DNA of 64,000 nt from the human T2T-CHM13v2.0 reference genome, Homo sapiens. Below, piece by piece: positions 37,217 through 54,391 of this stretch. Position 1 is the stretch's first letter. Every line of letters begins with the position of its first letter. The stretch lies in NCBI RefSeq assembly GCF_009914755.1, contig NC_060930.1; one strand, written 5' to 3'. The notes beneath the pieces were generated by a model, which saw only the letters and a list, made by a program, of their open reading frames with translations, did not search any database and was not told where the DNA came from. The position numbers were made by a program, and so were the translations under genes.

Positions 37217-37559
37217 ACATTCAAACTGAAATAATGAAAATATCATTGAACTAATGGAATTGGAGTGGTTAAGGAATGTGGTGCATAACCTAGTTTGTGA
37301 AATTAATTGTATGATACTGATCAAGTAAATCACCCTCCTATGCAGAATAGGAGGCTTTGATTAAATAAATTCTCAGGTCTCTTCCAGCTTTAATACTGTG
37401 TGGTTAGATTACTTTCCCATTGTAAGTCCAATGTATACCAATTATATGGCTATTAGGGAAGAAATCCTAAGATTCACTCAAATCCAGTGTAGAGTCAGTC
37501 AACAAATGCTGAAATGTAATAATTATTGATAATAAATCTGCTATCCACAAATATATGCT

Positions 37560-38140
37560 TTCACTATAAATTTTCTCACCTGGTAATTATTAGTGAACTG
37601 ACAAAATGTCAGCAATGTCTTTTAAAAATTGAGTGCTTTGAATTGTTTTAGGATTTTATTAGCAAAACTTTGGTATATATTAAGACATCTCCAGCTTATA
37701 GACAACTCCTAACACAGGCCTACAAAATTTTCTCAAATCCATTTTAGGTCATCTTGGGTATGTTGTCATCAGGAAGGAGCAGTTCATGAACGACTGCCTC
37801 AAGGACTTTTGAGGAGGATTGCAAGTTGTTGAAGTGGAAAAGCCTTTTAGGGGATCAAAATATATCCTAATATCAACCCTGAGGTCTCCTGTTGCATAGT
37901 CAAGCATGGCTGCATAAAATAGATTGAATAAAACTGGAACCATTAGATATCCCTGCTTCCCAGGATTAGTGATGGATGACTCTGGCCAGATGCCATCAAC
38001 ACTAACTTGACCAGTCATTTCATCATGAAACTTTCAAGCTGTTGGTAAACTTCTCTGGCAAATCAACTTTATTGCAGTTGTCAGAGCAGAGATTCTCTGC
38101 TGTCAGCAAAAGTTATGGTAGATTAATAATCACAACATTG
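37560..38140 (-). mobile_element. RTE-clade LINE reverse transcriptase fossil (L4/MamRTE1-like)
   Basis: track ORF 37749-38018 has GKQGYLMVPVLFNLFYAAML; next frame KVLEAVVHELLLPDD corresponds to RTE ELLFADD. Confidence 0.8.
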
Positions 38141-38689
38141 GCAGCTGAAGAGATGTAATAATCCTATTCAATGTAAGATGGTATTACTAGAACTATGTAA
38201 CATATCCCTAAAAAAATCTAAAGGTGAGCCATTCTTGATTTTCCAAAATGATTAAAATGAATGACATATACTTATCATTTAATATGATTCAGCAAATATT
38301 TAACGAGGACACTTCAGGAAATAAGATGAGTAGGAGCTTTATCCTCAGGTAGCTTACAATCTCAACTTTGAAGGAAATAGAATGCAAACAATTATGAGGT
38401 TGATGAATAGTAATTGCCATAATTGGTTTTTGCAATTCTTGTAATGAAAGTCATTCCGAGGGTTTATAATTAAAAATTTGACAACTAGACAGTAAACTAC
38501 CTGTCTTGTGTTTTTGTCTTTGGTATTTCCAGCTACAACATCATGCATTCTCTCCATTCTCCCTTCCTCTTTCTTTTTCTCTCTCTCTCCCTCAACCACC
38601 TCCTTTTCTCCCTCCCTCCCCCTTTCAATAAGCTCCTCTGCCTTCTGGCTTTTATTAGGATCTGGCCAATGGGGAACCACACCATGAAA

Positions 38690-38965
38690 ACAAAGAATAA
38701 AGCAGATTGCCTTCAGGATATTTATTCTCCAGCTCCTTACCTGGCTGGATCACCCCCAGTTGACTGAGTCCCTTGACCAATGAGTCACACTATCTCTCCC
38801 TTCATCTCTTTGGGCCTAGCATGGTAAAAGCCTGAGAGTTCTGCACTATCCTTGTGGTTTCTTTATACATAGAGACTACCCCCTGTTGAAAAATGAACAT
38901 TGTGTTAAACTGCTCTTGCATTATTCTAATTAGAGGGCTCTGTTTTCTGTTAGGATACAAAAAAT
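38690..38965 (+). mobile_element. Old ERVL-type LTR remnant (LTR33/41-like)
   Basis: ctgcactatccttgtggtttc...ttaaactgctc...ctgttttctgttaggat resembles the 3' end of that LTR group. Confidence 0.35.
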
Positions 38966-40107
38966 TCAGGCACATTTCTCCCTTCTGCTATGAGAACTCC
39001 TGGCCTTTAAGTCTTCTCCTGCCCATATATTGGTTTTGTCTCTGGGTCATTTGTCTTTTCTCTTTCCCAGAGCAGATCATTTTGGAGATAAACAGAGCAA
39101 AGTAAAACAAAACAAACCAACAAAAAATTGAGCCCTACACACAAATGTCTGCCTGAGACACATCATTTGGCTCACTAGCCAGCGGTTCTTTTGTGTTTGT
39201 GCCTCTGCCTCTTTGTTTCTGCTTTAATGAGGACTAGGAGAGGGAACCAGAGGACCAGTGAGAGGGAAGAAAAAAAGGTAAATACAGAGTAAACAAAGTA
39301 AGTACTAGACATGTAATTCTGCCATAAAAATTCATATTTCACTGCTGTGGATTTCTATACTGAGAAAACTCAAAATCAAGCAAGGGGAGGAGAGAAAGAA
39401 AACAGACTATGAGGGGACAGGTAAATTCCAAGAATGCAACAGGGTAGGATTGTCCCTCTCCACACTATCCTCCCCTGTTGCATTATTAGAAATAAAAAGA
39501 TTAGGGCATACTTACATTTAATAAGACAATTAACCATTGAATTTATTTTGGGAGAGAACTAAAGAATACTTACAACACCCATTTACAATAATTCATAACA
39601 TTTCTATTTAAATTCCCCTTCAATAAGACCTTATTGCTTAAAGTAGAGAACATTATAATATTAAAGTGCTGAATGATAAATGTTTATAAGACAGAGAGAT
39701 TTTAAATTCTATTACAGCTACACACAGACATACACACAGGAAGATAATACAATTTCATGTCAGGCTATTTACTCATTGTGCCTAAGTCATTAGTGGCTAC
39801 TAGTAAAGTGAAGTATATATGCATTTCACATGGATGTTAGAATTTCACATCTGGAATGGATCTCTTGGCTGAGACTAAACTTACTCAAAACTTGTTTTTG
39901 TATATAAGTTACAGAATCATTCCTAACTAACCAGTAATCACATTTCATTATGAAAACAGAAACAGGCTCTTGTGTAACTCAAAGACACAGATGGTAGTTG
40001 GGCAAACCAGTACTTTACGACAGAAAAAAGATAAATACCTCTCTTTTTATTTTTATTATTCTTATTAAAATAATTAATGCTTATTATAAAACATTCATAT
40101 AGTAGAG

Positions 40108-40627
40108 TGTGTTGGACTAAATAGGGCCACAATTTGTTGCAACTCCTCCCGTTAAGAGATGAAGTCTATTTCCCCATTCTTTTAATCTAGCCTAGCTTTG
40201 TTACTTGCTTTGAAGAATAAAATACAGCAGAAGTGACCCTGGGTGACAACCAAGCCTGGGCTTCAAGATAGATTGTGGTTTTTTGTTTTGTTTTGTTTTG
40301 TTGTTGCCCTCTTGGAGCACTGCTGCCCTGTGAACAAACTTAGATAGAAACCATGGAGAAAGAGGCCTAGCTATCTCAAGTCATTACAGCACAGCACAGG
40401 CCCCAGACATGTGAGTGAGATTATTCAGGACTAGCTAGTCCCTAACTAACCCACCAACTTTTTTTAGACACAAGAGTGAACCTAGACATCACACAGAATA
40501 AAGATAAGCCATCCAAATTGAACCTTGCCCAAATTGCCAATTACACAACTGTAAGCAAGTAAATGGATTTTAGTTGATGTCACCAAGCTTTGGGTTGCCT
40601 TGTTATGCAGCAATAGACAGATAATAT
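40108..40627 (+). mobile_element. MLT1G/H-like LTR
   Basis: gagatgaagtctatttccccattc...cagcagaagtgac...ttgttatgcagcaatagacagataa. Confidence 0.8.
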
Positions 40628-40649
40628 ATAAAGGAAAGCATAAAACAAT

Positions 40650-41280
40650 AGGCAAAAGTTTCCCTACCCAGATTCTCCCAACTCCATTCTCCAGAAAGTA
40701 TAATGCATTATCATGGTTAACTTTTTCATCTTTGCTCATTCTTCCAGATATTTTATGTGCCTAGAGAAATAGATAGAAAGATGAATGAATAAATAAGTAG
40801 ATGAAAGGAAAAAAGAAAGAAAGAGGAAGGAAGAAAGGAAAGAAGGAAGGAGGAAGGGAAGGAGGGAGGAAAGAAGAGAAGGAGAAGGAGAGGAAGGAGG
40901 AAAGGGAGGAAGGAAAAAAAGAAATCACAACTGGTATATCATATTTTTTGCAGCTTTTGCTTTAACTAAGAATATAGCATAAAGCATTTTTCATACCAAT
41001 ACATGAACACATCCTTCATTCCTTTCAAAAACAACTGTGTAATATTAGTATCGTGAGGCCATACTTTAACATATCCTAATTGGTAAACCAGTAGATAGTT
41101 GACATTATTTCCCCAAAAAAATGTTATTGCAACTAATTTTATCATGTTTTTTAAAGCTTGTACAAGCATGTCTGAATAAAGTAGACTATAAGTGTCATTG
41201 CTAGGTAGAAGATATTTACCTTTTTAATTTTTGACAGGAAGTTCCAAATTGTGATCCTGATAATTGGTACCCATTTAGTG
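40650..41280 (-). mobile_element. L1ME 3' remnant
   Basis: antisense L1 3' motifs (ttccaaattg...ggtacccattta). Confidence 0.55.
40802..40924. repeat. GA-rich (GGAA/GAAA) low-complexity tract
   Basis: about 120 bp purine-only run. Confidence 0.9.
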
Positions 41281-42302
41281 TATTTTTTTCCTGAATTTTT
41301 GGGCTGTTTCTGCCTGTTGCTGACCAACTTGTATAGAAATGCACATGCTTGTTTCTACTATATTTAGATTTCAAACAGTGCTGATTATTGTGGGGATGTT
41401 GCCTTTCTATGATGCTTTAGTGCAACCCACAAGCAGTAATAGTTTGTATGCTCACTTTTCCTAAGTTTGTAACAACCAGTTTACCCAGTGCATGTGATCT
41501 ATTTAAAACTACCTTCAGAGCAAATGCAGTTCATAGAATCTGCTTATGGCCAGGAAAAAGTTCAGTGCTCTGCCAAATCCATTCAGCTTGAAGTCAGGAA
41601 GCCTGTAGTCATTTCCAATGAGTTCTAATGAGATAGTACATTACAGAAAATGATAAGAAAGGATGTAGAAATTTGAAGGAATGTCTGAGTAAGACACATA
41701 AACAAAGCCCAGGTACAGCACAGAACTATGAAACTTGACACAAATAAAAATCTTAAACTTTTCAGAGGAAAAAAATCCCCACCCTATTCACATATGTACT
41801 GAAATAGAGAATATAAAAAGAAAACACAGTAAACCTTCTGAGATTTATATTGCAGGTGTATGGTTCCTGCTGTTTCCCTTCCAGATGTGTTATCCATCAA
41901 AGAGCTACACTATTAACCCTGGTGGATAAGTCAGCTCTATGAGACATGGAGTAGTCATTTCCTTGGTTATTCAGGGATGCCTGGTAGTCAGGCTAATGCA
42001 GAGCTTTGTGCCCTGTCAGTGGCCGCATCTGAAATGTTCCACACCCAGGCAAACTGGGCCTCACATGGTTCATGAGCTCACTGGGTCATAAGGCTCAGAA
42101 GGCAGCTGCAAAGGGGCGATGACTCTCTCCTTCTGGCTGCAGATGTTCAACCCCTTCCCTGTACTTCCCTTGCCTCCTGCAACTCCAGAAAGAGCTCACG
42201 TAATTCTTGTCCAAATGGTTTTGTGAGCTACCTGCAGCTAGAGAGCAATACCACCATTTAAGGTAAGTTTATATTGTTGGCTCACAAATCCAATTTCAAC
42301 TA

Positions 42303-42668
42303 CAGGTGCTTCTCAACTTACAATGGAATTACCTTCCAATAAGCCCGTTGTAAGTTAAAAATATTATAAGTCAAAAATGCATTTAGTATCCATAACCCAC
42401 CAAATATCATAGCTTAACCTGGCCCACCTTAAATGTGCTCTGAACCCCTACATTAGCCTACAGTTGGGCAAAAGTATCTAACACGAAGCCTATTTGATAA
42501 TAAAGTATTGAATAACTCATGTAATTTATTGAATACTGTACCAAAAGTGAAAAGCAGAATGGTTGTACAGGTACTCAAAATGCAGTTTCTACTGAATGCT
42601 TACTGCTTTCTTACCATGGTGAAGTCTAAAAATCATACACTGAAGCATCCTAAGTCAGATGCCACCTG
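42303..42668. mobile_element. MER47A-like Tigger (Tc1/mariner) MITE
   Basis: 366 bp; imperfect terminal inverted repeats caggtgcttctcaactta / taagtcagatgccacctg; TA target duplication. Confidence 0.85.
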
Positions 42669-43209
42669 TATAATTCTTTTACCTGCCTTTTAGTTTATCG
42701 GTTACATTTTCCTGCCGTGGTACATGCTGCCAGCTTGTGAGAAACCATAACTACCTTAAGTGGTAAACTATTTTTCTGATACAACTAAAATAAGTAAATA
42801 GCTCCTTGATAAAGGTTTTGCTTAGTTTTAATAACCAAAAGTTGGGTTTTGTTTACATTGGAGAACATTAGAATTATACCAATAAATGAAAATTTAAATT
42901 AATCTGAAATCCAAAAGATTATAAAGCCCATCTCCTTTTAAACATTGCTTCATCAGAAAGAGTCAAGGTAGTAGCTAAGATCCTTATTTTTTTCTCCAAA
43001 ATAAATATATTCTAAAAATGTGTCAAGGAGTCAGCACAGGTTTAAATGAAATTCCTAACTTTTATGAAGAGATTTCATGATTTTATTTATGAACATAAGG
43101 ACTCATATTTATGAGTACAAAGTTCCAAGTATTTAGGTTTAGTCTAAATATTGTTTTAGTGATAATTTTTAAAATAATAACGAAGATAGTAAGTGCTCAA
43201 TAAAGATAA

Positions 43210-43620
43210 GTAATGTATTAAACAGTAGTATAAGCACTTTTATTTTACCATTTAATTTTTAGCACAACTCCATGAAATTCAAAATAATGTAATCTTTTAT
43301 TGAGGGAATTCTAGTACAAAGAGATTAGTAATTTACCTAAGGTCAGAGAGCTAGTGTCAGAGCCAGAATTTAAATGTGTGCAATTGATTAATTTGTAAAT
43401 AGTGATTTATTTCAGATAATTTTTTTAAACCACACAGATTACAGCAGTAACAGCAAACTTTCACATTCGTTGTCTACTTCACTCTGCAAATAGTCTTGTA
43501 GATTAAGTTCAGAGCTGTTATCTTTACCAGTTTGTAAATGAAATAGATGAGGCTCAGAAGATAGACTTTCTCAAGGTCACCCAGTTAGCATGAGGTACAC
43601 TGACCCAAATCTAGTTTTTT
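43210..43620 (-). mobile_element. Two MIR remnants
   Basis: agagattagtaatttacctaaggtcagagagctagt and gaggctcagaagatagactttctcaaggtcacccagttag cores. Confidence 0.7.
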
Positions 43621-44301
43621 TGAAATTATTTTTTCCTAGGCATACCAAATGCTAATCTGAGTGATACTTGATAAAAAATAATTTAGAACTAATATTATCA
43701 AGGAGATGAATAATTAAAACATTTTGATAAATTAATAGGGGATAAATTTTATTCCAAATGGTGAATGAAGAATGCGTATTATTAGTAGAAAGATTATTTT
43801 GTACATGATTTTATTCCTAGGTCCAAGAATATGGCCTAACACATAATGGGTTCTTAAATGCTTGTTCAGGGAAGAAATCAACACATAAATTAATCTACTA
43901 TGAGACTTCAATGTATTAAGATCTTTCTCTTGTTATTGTTTTATCTAAAACACTAAGAAATTACATATCTGTGATTTCAAATTTTGAATATTTAAAATTT
44001 TAGTCCAGTTCTGTTCAAACTTAAGGAAAACATTTTTCTGAAATAATCTAAAATTGATATATGTCCAGATACTATGACTTCTTGTGAAGTAAAGCATAAC
44101 TCACAGTGTGAGACACATTAGCAGGTATAAAGAGTTATGCTATTATAAATTGTGAGTACTCATTTGAAATATTTGTGGATTTTTCAAAATTAACCAATAT
44201 GTTCATTTTGACCAAATCTCTAAACAATACACACACAAATGAATTTTGTCCCACTTAACATGTCATAATTCTGCCCAAATGTTATCATTTAAAAATTTAT
44301 A

Positions 44302-44473
44302 GAGTAGTTCTCAAACTTTAACATGCACTAGAATCACCTGGAGGGCTTGTTAAAATGTAGATTACTAGACCCTATTAGTAGGTCTAGGGCAGAGCCCGAG
44401 AATTCACATTTCTATCAAGTATCCAGGTGGTGCCCATACTGCCCATCTAGAGACCACATTACATGAACCACTG
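44302..44473. mobile_element. MER5A (hAT-Charlie MITE)
   Basis: agtagttctcaaacttt...agaatcacctggagggcttgttaaaa...gaaccactg. Confidence 0.85.
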
Positions 44474-46849
44474 TCATAATGGAAAGCACTAAATATACCT
44501 TCAACTTCTGCTTTAAAAATTAAGAACAGAGGATACCAGAGTGTTACAGATTCACAGCTCTTCTTAACCACCATCTTCCCCAGCCACATTCATTTCCAGA
44601 TTTGGTTCATCTGATTTATTCATGTGCTATAATACAGTGTGTGTTTGTAAGAATCAATAGATTTCCTAAGCTTATAAGTTTCACCATAGCTGCAGGTTTT
44701 TAGATTGACAGTAGAATAAGTTCAGCTTATAATAAAATATCTAATTATTACAACAATCATTTAAAAAGTTGAAATACTGAATCATTGCAATTGGTCTTTC
44801 TCTCTGGTTGAAAAGTACATACAATTAAGACTGCAATATTTACCACCATCCAGCAAAGGTGCATTAGGTATTGCTAGTCCATCTAACAGAATATATCAGC
44901 ATTTCAATTTGAATTTGACTATATCCACAGAGATATCATGTCTAAACATCTACTGCCACTTATAACCCTAACTAGAAGTAATTAACACGACCTTGAACAT
45001 TTGACTTAATTTCAAATAGCTTGTTTTTGTTGTAAAAATGATTCTGGCCATAATACTATAGAATCTGTGAAACATATGCTATGTGATTACATGTGACTGC
45101 AGAGGGAGGACTGTGTTCAAATCAGAGTTTAAATTATACTTAGTTTTTAAAAATCTTACCAGGGAAAATAGATTATGTAGAACAATGTTAAAATGTCAGG
45201 ATCAGTAAAAAAAATAATGGGGGTTTCAAAAACCTTTGTTTGGAAAATAAAAAGATTTAAGGGAGGAATTGCTACTTGATTACAAAAGTGTTAAACACAT
45301 GCCAGAATTAGTGGTAATATTAGTCGTCATGATGTATGTGGTTACTGTATTGACATTGATCTTTACAATATCCCAGTTTTCAAAGGAAGAAACTGAGGCC
45401 CAAGTATTTGGCTTGTCTAGTCAGCCAGTGTGTCAAATTATCTCTAAATATTTCCAATATAGAGTTAAGCCACATTTATTACAATAACCTGGCTTACTAA
45501 ACAAGCCTGTGGAATAGAAAAAAAGTTATATATTAGCTTCAAATATAACCTTTTTAACACCTAAATAGTTGTCAGGGGCTCATATTTTACTGAATTCTTT
45601 ATTCTTCCCTTGACTATAGATTTGTTTCCCCATAGCAGAAATTTATACTAATGGATTAATGCACATTATAGCAATAACATAAAGCAATGACAACAGGAAC
45701 TTCTTGGATTAACTCATATAAAGTCTGTTGCTCTCCTGAAATCCATGCAAAATAAATTATTTCAGTGTGTTTTTCCCAACTGAGCCAAGTTTCTCAAGCG
45801 TTTTATACCTGCTTTTGTTAAGTTTTTACTTTTGCAGGACTTGTATTTCATTCTAATTATTGATATTTTTTATTTCTTTTGTTACAATAGTTTAGTATCT
45901 CAGTCATTTGAGGTTATCACTGATTTCTCTAATTTCCTACCTCTCCTAATTTATTAGTGAACTTATTTTCTATCTCTTTTTTTACTGATATGATTATAAA
46001 ACCTCATCTTTTCGCCTCAATGCATTTTGCTTTCCTCATCTCAGGCTCCTTTCTGCATCTTATTAACTTTTCTGCGAGACTTATTCAATGAAACATATTC
46101 TTTCTTGGTTCACATTCTACTTCTCTGACAGTCTTTTAACTCTCTCTTTCTCTCTCTCCCTGTCTCTCTTTCTCTCTCTCTGTGTGTGTGTACTCACACA
46201 TATTGGCCCTTGCAGAAAGGTGAGTTTTAAAATTAATTCAATTCACATGATATTATTACAGAGTCTCATTGTAGTCTACTCTTCTATCTTGAGCTATTTA
46301 TATTTTATCTATCTATCTTCCTATATTTATTACTATTCTTCATGTCACAATGTTCATTTTATTTTTGCTCACATGCTCCTTTAATATAATATTACATTCC
46401 ATGTCCTTAAATATTAAACGGTTAAATGGAGTAATTAATTGAACTCTAATTATTTTTGTATATACTTTGGGAAACAACAGTCAGCACTGTAAAAATAATA
46501 GGCTACAGCCTGTAAGAATTAATATAAGCTTTATAAATTAAAAAAAAATAACGATTTTTAGGGACAGGGTTGAACTTTGAAAGGTCACAAGCAATTGTAA
46601 TATCTAAGGTTTTTTTTTTTTTTTGACCTGTACGATTTCATTTTTATCTTACTGGTGACAGTATCATCCCTGTTGAGAATACATAAGCTATGGCTTCAAA
46701 ACTCACAACCTTGGCAATAAAAACTCAGCCAAACTGCTCACTGGCCATATGACTAGTTCTCAAATACTCCATCATCATATAGGGTAGAAAGGTAAACCAG
46801 TAATTTAAAGCCTGATTACAGATTCGTGTCCTGAAGAAAAATGTGGGTA

Positions 46850-47875
46850 GTAACTGAAAAGATGCTGGAGAGAGAGGCAGATGGGGAGAAACAAAAAAAA
46901 TAGATAAACTAAAAACATAAGTCTTATCCAAAAATTACTGATAAACCAAAATTACAAAAAACAAAACTTGGATGCTAAGAAAGACAACCAGCAAAATTAA
47001 CAATCATGCATCCACTTTGAAAAATTAATTTTATGCCAGCCACGATGGCTCACACCTGTAATCCCAGCACTTTGGGAGGCCAAGGTGGGCAGATTGCCTG
47101 AGCTCAGGAGTTCAAGACCAGCCTGGGAAACACAGTGAAACCCTGTCTCTACTAAATTGCAAATCTTTACTGTTGATCAGTAAATTACAAAAATTACTAA
47201 ATTACAAAAATTAGCTGAGCATGGAGTCATGCAGGAGGCTGAGGCAGGAGAATTGCTTGAACCTGGGAGGCGGAGGTTGCAATGAGCTGAGATCACACTA
47301 CTGCACTCCAGCTACTGCACTCCAGCCTGGGCAACAGGAAAAAAAAAAGAGAAATTAGTTTTATAAAACATCCTGACAAAGACTTTAAATTAGAAACATT
47401 GAGCATTTCCAAAACGAGAGACAATACAGCAGAACTTCCCTTAAAATATATTCAAAATTTTTCAACAAAAACAGGTAAAAATGAAAAAAGAATAGGTGGA
47501 TATTTAAAAAACAACTAAAGATTTGGTAAAAGAAATTTATTGATTAAATTAAAAAATTATAATAAACTGGATTTTATTGTTTTCCCTGCTAGACTTAGAG
47601 AGGGATAGACAGATATATTTCAATAGCTGTTATGAGATATGGAAAATTGAGATATTCTAACATTTTAATAAGTAGAAATTCCAGGAGAAAAAAAATGAAA
47701 TGAATAATAGGGAGGTAATATTTGAAGAAATTGTTGTGCTGATAATTTTTCAAAATTAAAGAAATCTTATAAGTCATCAGATCAGTACAATACAAATACT
47801 GAGAGAATAAATACAAATAAAACTAAATGTTGACACACTGAAAAACTATAGAAATCAACAGTAAAGAAACAGTGA
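46850..47875 (+). mobile_element. Ancient L1M ORF1 remnant, continuing at ~54023-54150 after the L1PA
   Basis: aatatttgaagaaattgttgtgctgataatttttcaaaatt ORF1-like motif; downstream acaattgtcctgacagtaggttccttgacag resumes ORF1. Confidence 0.55.
47035..47351 (+). mobile_element. Rearranged AluS
   Basis: Alu with expanded linker, right-arm deletion and internal duplication; TSD aaattaattttat / aaattagttttat. Confidence 0.92.
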
Positions 47876-48904
47876 AAGAGAGGGAGCCAAGATGGCTGAA
47901 TAGAAACAGCTCCAGTCTACAGCTCCCAGCATGAGCGACGCAGAAGATGGGTGATTTCTGCATTTCCAGCTGAGGTACCAGGTTCATCTCACTGGGGAGT
48001 GTCAGAAAGTGGATGCAGGACAGTGGGTGCAGCACACTGAGCATGAGGCAAAGCAGGGCGAGGCATTGCCTCCCCCAGGAAGCCCAAGGGGTCAGGGAAT
48101 TCCCTTTCCTAGTCAAACAAAGGGGTGACAGATGGCACCTGGAAAATCGGGTCACTCCCACCCTAATACTGCACTTTTCCAATGGCCTTAGCAAATGGCA
48201 CCCCAGGAGATGGTTTCCCAGGCCTGGCTCAGAGGGTCCTACGCCCACTGAGACTCACTCATTGCTAGCACAGCAGTCTGAGATCAAACTACAAGGCAGC
48301 AGCGAGGCTGGGGGAGGGGCGCCCGCCATTGCCAAGGCTTGAGTAGGTAAACAAAGCGGCCAGGAAGCTCGAACTGGGTGAAGCCCACCGCAGCTCAAGG
48401 AAGCCTGCCTGCCTCTGTGGACTCCACCTCTGGGGGCAGGGCATAGCCAAACAAAAGGCAGCAGAATCCTCTGCAGACTTAAATGTCCCTGTCTGACAGC
48501 TTTGAAGAGAGTAGTGGTTCTCCCAGCATGCAGCTGGAGATCTGAGAACGGACAGACTGCTTCCTCAAGTGGGTCCCTGACTCCCGAGTAGTCTAACTGG
48601 GAGGAACCACTCAGCAGGGGCAGACTGACACCTCAGACGGCCGAGTACTCCTCTGAGACAAAATTTCCAGAGGAACGATCAGGCAGCAACATTTGCTGTT
48701 CACCAATATCTGCTGTTCTGCATCCTCCGCTGCTGATACCCAGGCAAACAGGGTCTGGAGTGCACCTCCAGCAAACTCCAACAGAACTTCAGCTGAGGGT
48801 CCTGACTGTTAGAAGGAAAACTAACAAATAGAAAGGACATCCACACCAAAACCCCATCTGTATGTCACCATCATCAAAGAACAAAGGAAGATAAAACCAC
48901 AAAG

Positions 48905-49920
48905 ATAGGGAAAAAACAGAGCAGAAAAACTGGAAACTCTAAAAAGCAGAGTGCCTCTCCTCCTCCAAAGGAATGCACCTCCTCACCAGCAATGGAACAA
49001 AGCTGGATGGAGAATGACTTTGATGAGTTGAGAGAAGAAGGCTTCAGACAATCCAACTACTCTGAGCTAAAGGAGGAAGTTCGAACCCATGACAAAGAAG
49101 TTAAAAACTGTGAAAAAAAATTAGACAAATAGCTAACTAGAATAATCAATGCAGAGAAGTCTTAAAGGACCTGAGAGAGCTCAAAACCAAGGCACAAGAA
49201 CTACGTGAAAAATGCACAAGCCTCAGTAGCCAATTCAATCAACTGGAAGAAAGGGTATCAGTGATTGAAGATCAAATGAATGAAATGAAGTGAGAAGAGA
49301 AGTTTAGAGAAAAAAGAATAAAAAGAAATGAACAAAGCCTCCAAGAAAAATGGGACTATGTGAAAAGACCAAATCTACGTCTGACTGGTGTACCTGAAAT
49401 TGACAGGGAGAATGGAACCAAGTTGGAAAACACTCTGCAGGATGATATCCAGGAGAATTTCCCCAACCTAGCAAGGCAGGCCAACATTCAATTTCAGGAA
49501 ATACAGAGAACGCCACAAAGATACTCCTCGACAAGAGCAACTCCAAGACACATAATTGTCAGATTCACCAAAGTTGAAATGAAGGAAAAATTGTTAAGGG
49601 CAGCCAGAGAGAAAGGTCAGGTTACCCAGAAAGGGAAGCCCATCAGACTAACAGCTGATCTCTTGGCAGAAACTCTACAGGCCAGAAAAGAGTAGGGGCC
49701 AATATTCAACATTCTTAAAGAAAATAATTTTCAAGCCAGAATTTCATATCCAGCCAAACTAAGCTTCCTAAGTGAAGGAGAAATAAAATCCTTTACAGAC
49801 AAGCAAATGCTGAGAGATTTTGTCACCACCAGGCCTGCCTTACAAGAGCTCCTGAAGGAAGCACTAAGCATGGAAAGGAACAACTGGTACCAGCCACCGC
49901 AAAAACATCCCAAATTGTAA
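48905..49920 (+). pseudogene. L1 ORF1p, disabled
   Basis: start codon mutated to ATA; internal stops and frameshift; track ORF 49360-49695 (RPNLRLTGVPE). Confidence 0.92.
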
Positions 49921-49983
49921 AGACCATCAATGGTAGGAAGAAGCTGCATCAACTAACGAGCAAAATAACCAGCTAACATCATA

Positions 49984-53808
<3,825 letters not shown>

Positions 53809-54391
53809 ACAATGAGAACACATGGACACAGGAAGGGGAACATCACACACAGGGGACTGTTGTGGGGTGGGGGGAGGGGGGAGGGATAGCATTAGGAGAT
53901 ATACCTAATGTTAAATGATGAGTTAATGGGTGCACCACCCCAACATGGCACATGTATACATATGTAACTAACCTGCACGTTGTGCACATGTACCCTAAAA
54001 CTTAAAGTATAATAATAAAAAAACCTGTCAAAGAGGAAAAGATGAATAATCTAAAACAGAGTAACAATTGTCCTGACAGTAGGTTCCTTGACAGTTAAAC
54101 TAGATATTCAGAAGTCAATGAAATGTCTTAAAAGTAATGAGAGGTGGTCATCTAAAATGTTAACATAGAGAGAAAATGGGTGTGGAGTACACAAAAAACA
54201 AATTATCCTTGCAACTTTTCTGTAACTAAAATAATTCTATCAGCAAGGAGTACATTCAACATAGACAAAATTGATGGTTTAAAAAAAATGACGAGCCTAC
54301 AAATTGATAAATTATAATCCATTCTTCCTCCCTCCTTCTCTCTCCCTTCATGAATAATTAAGTCCAAAATTCCTTAGTGAGCAAAGTCGGT

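Noticed and set aside
38354-38767. 108-aa and 74-aa ORFs
   Set aside because: Driven by a CT/GA low-complexity tract.
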